A stretch of DNA of 46,553 bases from Spirogloea muscicola. Taxonomy: Eukaryota. Positions 1-13,449 of the stretch are shown here, piece by piece (the stretch's first letter is position 1; the number at the start of each line of letters is the position of its first letter). Where the stretch lies: assembly GCA_009602725.1 (NCBI GenBank), contig WELB01000004.1, positions 245,647-292,199 of the forward strand, written 5' to 3'. The notes under the pieces were generated by a model. The model ran no database searches and was not told where the DNA came from. It saw nothing but the letters and a program-made list of their open reading frames with translations. The translations under genes were made by a program, and so were the position numbers.

Positions 1-3000
1 TCGTACGCCACCTTCACTGGGCGGCAACGTGAGGTCCAAGTCCGCGTCGCCCGGGCGGGTCGCTGAAGCTGGAGACGTTTCACGGCGTCGCAGCTCTGGG
101 CCTGGCATTGGCAGTGCAGCTCAGGTGACAGCTCTCTCGTGACCCGGACAGAACCATCTGACTATGTGGGTCCTCAGGTCAATGTATCACACTGCTCAGA
201 TTCTGCTTGTGTCTTTGGGCCTCTTCGCCTGATATTGAGCGGACTGTCGCTGCACCTGCTACATGCAAGAGATGCAATTCTGAGGCGTTCTGTGGTCAGC
301 TGCTGTGTCTGTGTGAATTCTTTTGATGGCCTGCGTAAATCTGTGGAGGTTGAAGTATGACCTGGTTCTGTTTCTGAGAAACAGGGCAAGAGAAGGGTGG
401 GGACCAGCCTGTCACCCGCAGGTCAGGCAGAAGGGTTGCCGACCATCACCAACAGGTCTTCTTCAAAGTCGAATGTCACAGTTGTCCAACCTTTCAAGCT
501 TGCCACGGACATCAGGTAGTGCAACGCTGCACCCCTTACCGACACAATTGACAAGGTCCATACTTAAATGTTCCTAAGTCGGGACATATGATGGAAATGT
601 AAGGGTGAAGCACCTCCCTAAGATTGGCTGTCGGATCGACTGACGCTTTACTGCTATAGTCATATTACAGATACATCGTCTTGACTCTTACCTTCAGGGC
701 GTGCCCGCTACACTGCCCCCCCTCCTAGGACGGTACCCGTCTGTCAGTCGCTGTCGCTGTAGCCGCCGCCATCGTCGCTGTCCCGTCGTCTTCAGATGCA
801 ACGTAGTTGCTGTCGCCGTGATTATTCCCTCGTCGTCGTCGTCGGTGTGGTTGTCTTTGGCATGGTCTTAGTGGTCGTGTCCGGCAGCGGCAGCAGGTCA
901 TGGCACCGAGCACGCACCGGAGGACGTTGGAATGGTCGTCGTCCTCCGGTGCGTGCTCGGCGCCATGACCTGCTGCCGCTGCCGGACTTGACCGCTAAGA
1001 CCAATCCAAAGACGACAACACCAACGACGACAGAACAAGCACGGTCGACAGCGACTACATTGCCATCTGACGACGTTGGACCAGGACGACGGCTGCGGCT
1101 ACGGTGACCGCGACTGACGGACGGGCAACGTCTAGGAGGGGGGGGGTAGTGTAGCGGGCATGCCCCGACGGTAAGAGTCAAGACAATGTATCCATAATAT
1201 AACCGTAACAGTTGAGCATCAGTCGAGCTGACAGCCACCTACACGTGCTCAGACCAATATTATCATTCACTTTACGACCCGGGTCATGTGGCCAGGGCCC
1301 AAGCATCTCGTCCATCCACCCAGTCCAGGGCTGCTCCAAGTCAAGTACGTTCATTTGCCACGTTTGGCAACTAGCACTCAAGCTCCACAGAGTTGACATC
1401 ATGTCCACAAGTGTGATTGAGCATATGTCCACATTGTTAGAGCTTCTTCTCTTAGGATGTTCCCTGTCAAAGTCCAACGTGGCTGCTGCACACCATTGTG
1501 CAAGTTGCTGCATACAGCGACTGCAAGAATAGTCGCCTGGCCCCTACTACTGGTGCTATTCACTCAACATGGACACCTTCTTCAGGCACCATCCAGACCA
1601 AGCTCACGGCCCACAACCGTACCACAGCCGTTCAATCTTGAGACAAGGTAATTTTCTGCTGTGCTCAAATAGCTCACTTGCTGCACATTTCAGGAATGTG
1701 CCGCACACACCTGCAGTATCAGAAGAGTCATAGCTTCTTATAGGAGTACCAGCAGATGTTTGTGCTTTGCTGCAACTAAGAGGACATGCTGTGTGATGTT
1801 CTGTTTACTGTTGCCACAGACGGCGGCAGGAACATCGCAGCTATCTCTGCGAGTCTGACAAACCCAATGAGCAGATGGAGGACGCTCAGGAAGCACATGC
1901 ACAATCCAATGACCCGTACGTTCTAGAGCATGTTATGAGCTTTACATGCAAATCTTTTCCTTCCACTTTTTTCCTTGCAGAGCCTGCTTATCCAACCAAT
2001 CTCTTGAAGTTCTGATGCATCTCTCCTCACTTGTCACGTGCTGAAGTAGACCATTCATGTGTCAGGATTCTGGAGCAGAAGCCTCCTGAAGCGGCCACTT
2101 TCAGCTTCGCACTTGATCAGAGGGCCAAGGAACGGGAAAAGGTGCCTTGCACCTTTTGTGGTGGACACGTTGTCCATCCTGCCTGCAACCAGAGAGATAA
2201 TGTGTGTCATGCGTGGCTGCAGCTTAACCTGCATAGTTGCAAGCATCAGCTTTTGGTGATTCTATGAAATTTTGCAGCCAATGGTTGCAAAAAGATTCAA
2301 AGGGCTTCTATTGATGAGGTGTATAACGCATGAGTTACTGCATCGATCCCTCTCCCTATTAATCTTTGCTTGCCGTCTTGGCAGTTCCATAGCAAGCTGG
2401 AGCAGATTGAGTCTACGAGGGGGTGGGAGAGGCAACAGCAAGAGCTAAAGATGAAGGTGGAACATGTTGCTATCATGCTCACTCAATCAAGCAACCTTTG
2501 CGCTTGTGATGAGCTTGTCTAGCCTAGTCAAACTACTTAGTGTTAGCATCAGCGTCTTCTTCGTGGCTAATACGCTTTAGATGTCTCTGACAAGCAGGAA
2601 GAGTTGAACAAGGAGAGGGAAGAGTACAGGAAGGGTTTGACGTTCAAGGCGAATCCGTTGCCAGAGTTCTATCAGAAGACTACCGTAGAAGATGCTGGTG
2701 CTCTTCATGAAAGTGAAAAGGTCTCACTGGTCATCCCTGATGACAATCGTACTCTGCCGCTTGTCTAGGCTGTAATACATGCTCCAGAAAGTTACCCAAG
2801 CATCTCAAGGTACTCGCGTGCGAAATTGCTGTTGCTGCTGAAACTATGTAGATGACAGATGCAATTCAGCGTGGATGATCTTCCTGGGACAGGGCAAGTG
2901 AGAATGCGTTTTGTGTGTGCAGAGGCAAAGTCGTGTGGTTGGTAAAAAGCCAGTCTTCCGTCCAACCAGAGCAGTATCCCCCAAGCTCGGCAGGCGGCGC

Positions 3001-3210
3001 AGCAGCGAGGGAACTGGCAATGGATCGTTGCAGCAGGTGTCGAGTCCGCATGCCCCTCTCACGGATCAGAAGAAGAAAAACATCATCCGGCCCAATGCCT
3101 TCTATGACAAGATTAAGAAGGTGCCAAGCAAGATCCCGGCGGGGGATGGGAGTCATGCCATCCACAGTGTAAAGACGAGCAACAGCGACCAAGCAGATGG
3201 GCCTGCCTAA
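1..3210 (+). CDS. WVD2/WDL-family microtubule-associated protein with TPX2 C-terminal domain (multi-exon, 5' part upstream of the window)
   Basis: GT-AG exons read manually with consistent phases: <1-124, ~427-515, 1296-1344, 1586-1647, 1820-1915, 2066-2141, 2385-2456, 2598-2720, 2923-3210(TAA). They give NVTVVQPFKLATDIR, TTVPQPFNLETR, TFSFALDQRAKEREK-FHSKLEQIE, EREEYRKGLTFKANPLPEFY and PTRAVSPKLGRRR. These match the WDL/TPX2 motifs (TVPQPF; F..DERA.KRKEFY.KLEEK; LRK.L.FKA.P.P.FY; PTR.KSPKLGR). Confidence 0.88.
625..1237. mobile_element. Foldback/MITE-like ~610-bp imperfect palindrome inside WDL intron 516-1295
   Basis: Left arm ~625-926 is the reverse complement of right arm 940-~1237 (e.g. 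tcttgactcttacc/ggtaagagtcaaga; ccggcagcggcagcaggtcatgg/ccatgacctgctgccgctgccgg), with a 13-nt loop at 927-939. No clear target-site duplication was seen, so the palindrome is certain but mobility is inferred. Confidence 0.75.
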
Positions 3211-4131
3211 GAGAAGGAGGTCCAGATAAACTCCTGATTTCTCACTCTGCTATTTGGGAAGTAGCAAAATGTGAGACAGTGTAAGGTCACTGCCTGCCAC
3301 CACGGCAAGACATTAAAGACTGTTGATTAGTTCCTTCCTCTTGTAGTTTATTGAGTGGCTTCTGATTTTTGCTGGGTAAAGAAGCTCCATTACAAAGACC
3401 AAGTCCCTCCATCACAGCGAGGCACCAAGAAATATGCAGCTGATAGCAGTCGTGTAACTGTGGGCCTACCACTTACAGCACATTCCTTTTGAGGAGGGGA
3501 GGAAGTTTTTTTGAATTTTTTGATAAATTAATTGACCTTGTTTTGGAACATTTCACCCTTGGGCACATGACATTCAGGATATTCCTTTCAGAGCTGCATT
3601 GCTATGCCTACCTACGTCATTTGAGGGCCAGGTTCCTATATGGACTGCAATTTTGAACTCACTATGTGCTGCCTTAAGTATCGCTCAATGAAAGGGATGG
3701 ACTTGCATTGCATAGCCTATATTCGCTATTGAGGGCCAAATTCCTACATGGATTGAAGGTTGAATGCACTAGGTGCTGCCTGAAAGAAATGCTCAACGAA
3801 AGGGAAGCACAGGTGAGAAAGGCGTGATTGAGAAAGGCCAGCCAAACAAGTGGACAGAACAACCTCAAGGAGCAGGTGACACGAGGTCGAGATCAGGTCG
3901 CTAAGCCAAAACCTAAACCTAAGTCCAGAATTGCAGTTGTGTACAATAAACATGAGAGGGAGGCAAGAAACTGACTTGCACACTATTGTGCACCACTCTG
4001 ATGTACATGGAGGAGCACGAGTCAAACACTACCAAAGACTTATAACATATGCACGTAGTCAAATTGCAACACTCCACCAAACACTAATGATACAGGTGTT
4101 CGCAACCATACAGTATTGAAGGCAGTGTCGT

Positions 4132-7100
4132 TTAGCTGACAACTGCCGGAAAAATAGGGTCTGCAGACATTGCAGCCTCTAATTCCTGGCAAAGTAGACG
4201 TGCACTTGCCTCGGTCCTGCTGGCCTTTGTTGCGACAAGCGACAGCTGACAGTGCGAAAGAGCTGCAGTACAGCCAAGAGTCTGGCTGGCGCCAATGGTG
4301 CCTGTGCTGTGCGATTGAGCACGTGGCTTCTTCTGTTGGGATTGCCAATTCTGTTGGCAAACCAGGACCTGCAAGCACAGCGTGAAGTGTCAACCAGCGC
4401 AGAGAACAATATTACCAACTTTGCTGGCGGATAGACCTGTGCAGAGTGTGTTCCTGCTTGGATGACCTGCCTGTCACTGACTTTCTCGTGCACATATGAC
4501 ATGCTTCTCTGTATCCGTACAACAATTGAAAGTAGCGTGCAGAGCAGCGTTAGTGCTGAGGAAGCAAGCCATATGCCTTGAGACAGCAGGGAGAACATTG
4601 CTCAGCTTGACTTGTTCTACGATGCTCCTACATGCACTGTACTGCAGACACTCCGAGTCCCAAAGATGACTTGCACGTCTAAGAGCTCTAATGCACGAAG
4701 CCCTTGCGCACCTTCGGCTTCTGCACCGAGGCCCGCAGGAAGAGCTCCTCCACTACCTCCCGGTCTCGCCCACCAAGCGCTTGCTGCAAGCTGGACGAGA
4801 CGGCCGTCGGCATCACCGCGCCCAGCTCGCCGCCAGCAGGGAGAGCCGGTCCCTCTCGCTGTGCAACCACCCTGCCGTGCCTCCTTAGAAGAGCAAGCAG
4901 CTCAGTCATGTACTCCTCCCTTGTGGCTATGCCAAATTGTTGTGCAGACTCACGAGGCCTTCTACGGGGTGCACGTTCAGGTAGTCCCAGGAGCTCGCCT
5001 GCAGGCAAGCCGGCCGCTCTGCACAGAGCTTGGCCAGTGTGGTCCTCTGCAGCGTACACACTAGGGGATGTAGTCAAGAACAAATAGCGATGCCCTACAC
5101 ACAGTGCACCATGCTGAAGCTCAGCTTAAGCATGACATGGTGGACTACACTGCAGCAAGTTTACAGTACACCAAACATTGACATTCTATGGCAAGTCGTG
5201 CTCCCCTTCCGAACAGCAGATTTCATCAACAAGGTTCTTACCAACTGCAACTTCAAGCTCTTCAATGACCAGCTGCATCTTGAGATCGTCTGAAGTGCAG
5301 CAAGATTTACAACCTCCCCTCTTCCAGGTCCTTCTATCTCTTGCACAGCAGCTTTCACACATGAAGCCGAAAACTACGTGCCTCACGGCTACTACCTGTT
5401 CAGACAGAAACCCGTTGGTGCACAAGGCTCTCACAACCTGTATCCACCTTCTCCAACCTTCTCTGCGCTGCAAAGCACTGGTCATGCAGTCCCCGGCCAG
5501 ACGTCCCATAGAGCATACATTGCAAGGGAAAGCTCAACAACTCACCCTGCAGCATATGCGGTACAGCCCAACTTCTGAGTCAGAAGGACTCTCATGTACT
5601 AGCTCTTGGAGCAGAAGAGCTCTTATTGGAAGGTCTATGTTGCTGTTGGTTGCATCTTGGCATGTCTTTGACTGTTGCAGTGTACGATCTGCTGCACTAA
5701 TGACCGTGATCAGGCTGCTGCCAATCTGCGTGGCATACAAGGTGCCATCATACATCCTGCAATTGGCACCATGGCAAAAAGGGTAGGTTGGAATTGTGAA
5801 GTGCATGATGTGTTATGCATATAACATGTATCATAACATCACCTCACTTCATGGTACAACGAGGTAACGTTAATGTGGGCTCCGAAAGAAGCAGTGCTTA
5901 AGATGTTCTATCTGGCTTCTGTATCCAAGTGTAGGCAATGTCCTGCAGATCTGGCTCCAAGCTATCTATAGTAGGTTATACTGAAGATAGGGGCACGCAA
6001 GCAACATCCCTCTGTGACAGAAGTACCGGCGTCACCTGATTGAGGCTAATTCGCAACCACTAGTCTGCAATGACGAGGAGGAAGTCCAACTCACCTGCCC
6101 AATTGGAAGTGGGAGAACCTGACTCGCATGCCTGGTCCAAGGCCAACAGGCCTACAATGGGTATAGAAGTCCACATAAACAGGGAACTGCAGATTGAGAA
6201 CCATACATGTCAAGCTTCATCTGTTGCATACGGGGTAAGGCAGTCACTCAAGTAGTCATGCTTCTGTGAAGTGAAGTCATGTCATAGCAAGCTCATGTCG
6301 AATGCAGAGCTGCGCCAGCTTAGCCCTGGCAATATCAACATGGAAAGCAACAGAAAAAGCAGCACAAGGCCATTCCTCTTGAGCCCTGGTCTGCAAAGGA
6401 TGTGCACGAATGTTCTGGCATTGCGGTCACACTCACCAGGGTAGACTGATCAGGATCTCTGACTTCAAGGACCTCGGTCAGAGGCTGGTCAAGAGATATT
6501 GTTATTGCTGCTACGATGCCGTCAAAAGAAACTGTCCTCTGATCTGCTCCCCATGTCTGCTGACAATGTGATGACCTACATTCCGTCATCACCAGTTTCG
6601 TAGCCGGAGTACTGGGCTTTGGCAGCATAGTGGGCTCCCTGCATGCTTCACCAGACTCATCCCTAAGGAGCTGATGAATCTGCAAGATTGGCCGAGTGTG
6701 CCACTCTGCGAGACTTTGGACAAGCTCCTCGTGCAGTCTAGCTGCAGTGGCTATCAACACAATCTCAACATCGTCCTTGGCTGCACAGAGACTGCTGGCG
6801 CATTCTTCTCGTCTCTGGTCCTGAAATGAGGCCCTGTTTTGGCAGCAGGCATCCAACTTGTCCGCGATCTTGTCTTCTTCAGGTTGAGCAGCAAAGCTTA
6901 CACTCCAGAGATGAGGATCTCTGAGAGTGACTGGAGAAGCACAATGCTCAGGCTCAAGTTGACCACCTTGTGCCTTCTTCATGGCCTTGAGAAAGGCCTC
7001 GTGGGCACCCAATGGCTTTGGCTCTGGCCATGAGGTCAGGTAGCACCGGCCAACATGCAACGTCTGGAGGATAAACAGAGACAAACATATAGTACAGGTT

Positions 7101-10100
7101 AATGAGGTCATGTATTGCAATAGACGATTCTGACGACATGAATCACAGACCTTCAACGAGAGGGCTTCTCTAGCACCTCGACAGTGGACAGAAAGCTGTG
7201 ACACATCCAGCTGCCTGGTGCCACTTACAGAGTGGTTCTCAAGAGACGTCAATGAGAAGCTGAGGAGTATGTGCTGAAGATGGCCTTCCAGTGCCGCTTG
7301 CCGCTGCTTGACTCCGCCAAGTTGGATGTAGCATTTGATGTCTTGCACACTTCCTGCAGCTCCTTTGGACTGTGCTTGTGTGTGCCTGCATTGTTGAGAC
7401 TTGTGAAATACAACACGACATGGGCTTGAAGGTCCACTCAGAGGTTCAACAGAATTATTGTCAAGTATTCTGTAAGGAAGCAGCACGGCCTTGGCTTGGA
7501 AGCCCATACTGTTCTGGCAGGAAGCTGCAGAAGATGACCGCCGAGCCTTCTGTGGAGCACATGCGATGCCATCACAAGTATATTAACACACCCTACAAGC
7601 ACACACAAGACTTGTCAAGCACAGTACAAATCTCCAATGCTTGCTAATGTATGTCGTCAAGCCCATGCCGAACGTGCTTTGTGACCAGAAACTCTCAGAA
7701 GCATGTCAACACAAAGTGATTCTTGAGGTTCATATGACTCACATGCTTTGCGAAACAGTTTTTCTGGATGATCATGATAACCCTCAAGTCACCACGGCGC
7801 AAGGCCAGAGCCCAAGACGAACCAGTGAATTGGGTGTGTGACACTGAGCTGTGCAATGAGCGAACAAAGGCAGCATCCTGAAGGCAGAAGACAATGAAGC
7901 ACTCTGCCTGGCTAGGATCCCAGGGCTGCATGCCAGCAGTAGTGCAGTGTTGGAATGCCTGAGCCCAAGGCAAGTCACTCTGCCCAACATTGCACTCCCT
8001 CAGAGGCACTACTGAAGGTCGACTGTGGACGATCAAGTCAAAGTCTGTCACCTGCCCCAGGGAGCATAAGATAAGCAGCACTTTTCAACTGATCGTTCTC
8101 CAATCAACAGCATACATGTGCTGCCTGCTATAGTAAGGAAGGGACTACTTCAGCTGTATTGACGATCACTGAAAGTATCAAGAATGAGCGATGCAGCCTG
8201 GACTGGTTGATGCTGCTGAGAAGCACATACTTCTAGAAGCCTGGATATGACTATCTACGGCACCTTGCGACATCAAATTCGTACCTGCATCTACTATAGT
8301 CTATCCTGCATTAAGTATATTAGCAAGTGGCATATGGCAGACCTTGTAGATGGACTTCAGTTGACTCCTCTGTAGGCGACCGTCAATAACTACTCCCAGA
8401 GCACCAGTGGCATCAGCGAGCTCTAGGCTTCCTGTTCTTGGGGAGACCTGCACAACAAAGATAGAGCCTCTTCAACTAGATGTTTCGATGAGGCTGCAAC
8501 ATATCGGCTCCCTCAGTAAGAGGACCACTTAGATTGGCCGCATGCTACCTGCAGTGTAGCAAGGAGGACAACACCAAGCTCCTTGCCAGTCTTCCTAGTG
8601 ACTACTTGGCTCTCCAGGTTGCCATGCTCCACACGCCGCTGGCCCTTGGAGACATGTGCCTCAAGGGCTGTCCTACTTAACAGTGCAGCCGCTTGTAGGA
8701 GCTCTGCTACTGTGAGAACCTGCTGGCCACAACAGCTAGCAACTGCCTTGGTTTCTGATTCAAGAAAGCCTGCTACAGTTACCAGAGTACATGCAAGCTG
8801 CTCTGACAGCATGAAGATATCTCTCACTGCTATTTGAGCTCGTCAAGGCTGCTTACATGTCCAGTACATGACTGATGGCAATTCAGATACTTGAGAAAGT
8901 GTAGCACCTGTGTTTGGATGGAGGACCGCTGCTCAATCGGGCTTCCGAGTTGGCAATGCAAAGAGTGCTCCAAGAACTCGTCAATTACATCCTGCCATGG
9001 GGAGGCCATCACCAGTTCAGAGAGGTTGATCATCACTCCAAAGCCCATGCCAGACATAGGCAACAAGGATCTCAAGTGAACAAAGTCGTGTACATACTGG
9101 TACAGTATTACAAGCTGTATCATGCTGATGCTGACTGTACTTACTCTTTGCAGATATTGGAGAGGCGACCCGCCAACACGTACGATGGTGAAAGCTAGTC
9201 CTTTCTCTTTGCATGTGTGAGGCTGTAACCAGCCGGGTCAAAATGTAGGGTTTAGGATTAGCTGCTCACTGCCTGCCCTTGCCATTTGGCAGTATTTATA
9301 GGAATGTTTGTTGCTTAGATCACCTTCCAAGTTGAGCAAGCCCGCTGCGATAATCTAATTCAGAAGAAGCGTCTCTTGTGCCTTCCACTCAGTCCATGAA
9401 TGATCTCATATGACAGTTCACCTTTGCGCAGTTCCCCAAAAGCTGCTGATTGCTGAAGTAGCCAGGAAATTTGACATGGAAGGCTTGCAACACCTCCATG
9501 AGCCTGATGGCCAAAACAACAACTTCAGTATCTGTAATCTACTTGCAAGCAGGAGGCAAAGGTACTGGTGACTGCATAATATGAGGCATATGCATGCACC
9601 GTGCAGTCAGTACATGATTACAACGGAAGGTCAAAGGTGAAGGATAGAATGGAGGCCCAGATAGGCTGAGTGTCTGCTCTAAGCTAAAACAAAGGTTTGC
9701 TTTATTTAGACTTCAACGTCTTATGAATACAAAGCATGTAGCATTTCCAGAATGTAACATTCTGCTTGAAGAAGTAACGGCAATGGCATCGAATTTCCTG
9801 CAATCTAGTGCAAAAGCAATGGGACTTTGTGCATGCTTGGAGCATACTTGAAGGCCAAAATGAACGGCAACCGATCCAGATGTGCTCGCAGCAAGCTGCA
9901 AGCGGGCAGAGGGTGGACTTTACTGCACATTGGGAATGGCAAAGATACCTGATAAGCTCGAGAAATTAACACAATCTCACACGGTAGGGTCATATGGTTC
10001 ACTTTTTAATGGTCAACCAGCAGGACAGACAGACATATCACAATGTAGTCACAAGTGGATGCAAGGACGATGGCAATCTAGCTTGATGTTGAGGTAAAGT

Positions 10101-11074
10101 AGGTATGTAGAGGCTTACATCAACGATTCATACATTGGTGCTGTCCCCACCACAGATATATGAGAATAGATGCATGCCCCAAAGACCAGGCGCTCTTGCT
10201 GAGTTCCCCGCACTTTGTGGACGTGGACATGCCTCAGCAACACCTGTATGCCAAGAATGCATGAGATGGGCAGGCTCTTCGAAGCAGCTGTGATAGATGT
10301 CGAGGCAACTTCCTGTGGCAAAGCTGGCTCGTGTCAGAGGCCCGAGCCATGCAGTCAAGTGTGCACGCGGGTACACACCAGGGAGCCGAGGCAGATGCCG
10401 CCCAACGGCCAGCTCGGCGTGTGCGTCAGGAGGAGCCGGGCGCAACCGTCCAGCTCCAGCTGCGCGCCATCGAGGACGACCCCAGTTACTGTGCCCACAT
10501 AGCTGACTGTCCCGCTGCTGGCGTGCTCGCAGAATTCTCGCCCAGTGACACTTGCCGAGTGCTCGCTCTTGGCAGCTGCATCGTTGGGCCTCCTTCGAGG
10601 CTCTTCGAGGGCGGCCTCCGGCCTCTCGAGCAACGCAACCGCCGTGGCGGCTGTGGCCAGGAACACGACGCGCGGCCGCTGCGGTGGGTGTCCTGCCAGC
10701 AGGGCCTTGCGCAGGAGGCCCGAGATGGCGACGCGCTTGCTGAGCGATGCCGACAGAGCCGGCCACAGCCCACGTGCCAAGCCATCCCGGGCAAGTAGGA
10801 ACGTTGGCCTGAGTACCAGCGCTGCACGTTCTGGCCCCGCCACCTCCAACTCAGCGGCCTCCCTGGTTGCTGGTGAGGCATCGTAGTGCTGGAGCGCCGC
10901 TTCTCTGAGTTCCTGCCTGCTGCTCCTCGATGGACGGCACGGCTGCATCTCCACCATGAGAATGTCGCACTTGACATGGGCTGCACCACTGTTGGTGAGT
11001 CGCAGGAGCGGGCTGACAGCTACAAGTGACCCCACGAGCGTGTGCGGAGGCGAACGGGTGCGCACTCCACTCAT
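4132..11074 (-). CDS. CTC1: CST complex subunit CTC1 (telomere maintenance, OB folds), multi-exon; start codon uncertain
   Basis: Minus-strand exons give plant-CTC1-like blocks in the expected order: LVGSLVAVSPL..WPAL...RVAISGL and SYVGTVTGVVLDGAQLELDG..LLLTH (11074-10379); VLLRHVH..LVFGACIYSHISV (10243-~10130); FHVKFPGYFSNQQLLG (~9530-9422); ELGVVLLATLQ (~8830-8548); VSPRTGSLELADATGALGVVID (~8447-8343); FQAKAVLLPYRIL (~7500); EDHTGQALC...LLRRHGRVVAQ (~5065-4711); last exon ~4367-4132. Internal exon boundaries are approximate. Confidence 0.82.
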
Positions 11075-11379
11075 AGCGCCGCTCCCGAGCCGCAAAGCCG
11101 TCACTCCTCATTGCCGCGCACGTCCCTGGAAAGCCCGTCTGGTGGAGTCCGTGGTCGCGGGCAGAGGTGCCGCACTTGCGTGGCCAGCTCAATCTTGGAC
11201 TTCACTGACACAGAACCACAGCTCCTTGCTCCAGCCTCCGCTTCCCGGGCTCATGCTCGTGTTCCTTGCGTGCCCATGCGTGCTCGATGGCCATGGCAAG
11301 CAGCTCGTTTTGCCTCACACACTCCTCATCCCTCACTCAGAAGGTGAGCTGTCATCGTGTAAGCACGAGAAGTGCTGAG

Positions 11380-12470
11380 TGCTGGCTGCGCACCAAGCCA
11401 GGCCACCGGCTTGCGGGGTGCTGCACCGGCACCCCAGATAAGTCTGGCAGATGAGTGCGTGCTCACTCGTCAGAGCGTGCAGCCCAGCTCCAATGCCGCC
11501 GGGTCGCTTGCTCAGGTGTACAGGATGTGCCTTCACAAGCTCCCTGCAACGGTTCTTAGCATTTGCCGTCCACTTGGGGGCAGGCCGCGCCTTGCTTAGC
11601 CCCCTTCTTGAACTGTGTTCATTCTTTTTCTTGGGCTGGCTGTTCCAGCCCATATCGTCAATGGGCGCGCCTTGGCTGCTGCCTCTGGGTTCCGTCAGGG
11701 CGACGCTTTTCCGCCCTCTGCTTATTCTGACTTGCACTTGCTGACTTGAGATTATTGATGTGCTACCTGTGCTTTAGTCTGTGCATTAGTCTGTGCATTA
11801 ATCTGTGCATATCCTAGCCTACATGCCTATGATATCGTGTAGAATGTGAGTATTAGCTGCTTTCGTGAATTCCCTTGGCCCCTCCGACCTTGGTTCATTC
11901 CGTTTCGGGGCTGGCCTCGCCCTGCCATCGCACTCTCCTGGAAGCGTCTTTCTTCGATCATTGAGAGCCCACTTGCTGACGGCTTGAAGACTGGTGTCCT
12001 GTTTTCTGCGCCTATCCGGCCCTTTCAGACGTAAACTCCTTCGGGCTGGCCTCTTCACAGCCACTGCCGTAAATTGGAAGATCTACTTTCTCATGCGTGG
12101 GTACTAGAGTCCCCATTCAGTTGTATGTTTCCCATTTTGTCACCTCAGGTCCTGTTAGAATTCGATTCGTTCTTCTTAAACAGTTTACTGGCTTGTTCGG
12201 CCTCCCTGTTTTGCGCCTTCCGGTCCTTTCAGCAATTGTACACTCCTTTTGTAGTCCTAGTCCAAAGGCATGGACTGTAGTGTAGTTCTTTTTCGGCACC
12301 TTTTTCTTTGGCTTGGGATATTGTCCTTTTTTTTTGGGCTGGCTTTGCCTGCCACTCTTCTCTATGGGCGAGCACTTCTCTCTTTTGGGCTGGCCTCACA
12401 CGGCTGCTGCTGTAAAGTGGAAGAGCTGTTTCCCCTCTCAGTGCATGCGCACCACGCGCCTTCTCTCTTA
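11380..12470 (+). mobile_element. Cluster of decayed 3' fragments and 3'-UTR modules of the RLE non-LTR retrotransposon family
   Basis: ~11490-11590 encodes, across a frameshift, NAAGSLAQVYRM..SLQRFLAFAVHLGAGRAL, homologous to the other copies. GGGCTGGC modules occur at ~11633, ~11908, ~12042, ~12336 and ~12387, and the motif catgcgcaccacgcgccttctct at ~12444. Confidence 0.7.
11774..11809 (+). repeat. 12-bp tandem repeat (ttagtctgtgca x3)
   Basis: ttagtctgtgca ttagtctgtgca ttaatctgtgca read directly. Confidence 0.8.
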
Positions 12471-13449
12471 AGAAATCTTGTCCATGTGGAGGCCTCCCTG
12501 CACGCTTATGATGGGGCGCTGCCATGACTGGCCAGCTCACGTGATTGACGCAAGTGGGCCTGGCGGATTACCTTGTATCGTAGAAGGTATCCTGCTTTAC
12601 TCAGGTCGGAGAGTGCTAGCACGATGCCTGTGTGACAGGACCATACTGAAGGATAGTAGACCGTCTGATAGGTCAAGTGATGATCCTGTCTTGTAACACA
12701 TGCATACATACGAGAGATTAGGGTTGGGTTCCAGTGCCATGAAGTAAGACCTGTTGCTAGATGCTGAGACAATTGTCCACGATCTCTTCTTCTCTGTGAC
12801 CTTCGGCACGTAAGACTTTCTGGGCTAACCTAGCACAGCTACCTCTGGCTACCTTTTACAGACGTGAAACAAAGACACTTAGACAGCACCTGCTCTTTGG
12901 GAACGATGCTATCCCAATCGATGAGTAGATAGCCTTAGCAGACCTGTGCCTCTGGCCGCGTCTATCGTGGTCATGCACGACAAGGTGCGTACAACTTGGC
13001 TTGAAGAAAAGCGATGTGGCAGCAAGAACAGGGAATCTTGAGCGATGTTGCCATCTGAAGCAAGCAAACAGCTTACTTTGCCGTTAACGGCTGGGATTGA
13101 GGAGGGTCTTAAGATTCTCACTGAAAATAGGGCAGTGTGCAGCCATGACTTGGAGAGGCTACAGCAGGAGTTCTTATGTCATGCTGATCGTGGGTGAAAC
13201 TCTGAGCAGTTCTGGACTGCGAAGGGCAACAATTGGCTCTCAAGTATGTATTGCATGCATCTTGCAGATGTGTCGCCTTGCGCTGCAATCATCAATGTTG
13301 GGAATTGCAGACTTAGGCTCAAGCGCCTCATCTAGCGAGTTTGTGTACTGGGGGTGGTCAGTGGTCAGCCTAGACGCCAAGGTCTCCAAAGTGCAAGGAG
13401 CGAGCGCTCTATAGAGAAAGGAGCGTTCTTCCGGACAGAGATAGAAGAG

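Noticed and set aside
796..1238. ORFs on both strands within the foldback element
   Set aside because: Their mirror-image translations are a by-product of the palindrome.
9246..9262. Telomere-like words (tagggtttagg here; also ~3909 and ~12718) near CTC1
   Set aside because: There are only one to two degenerate units each, which is expected by chance and is not an interstitial telomere array.
12480..13440. Possible additional TE or gene fragment
   Set aside because: No frame I translated gave a recognisable motif and no splice-consistent exon chain was found.
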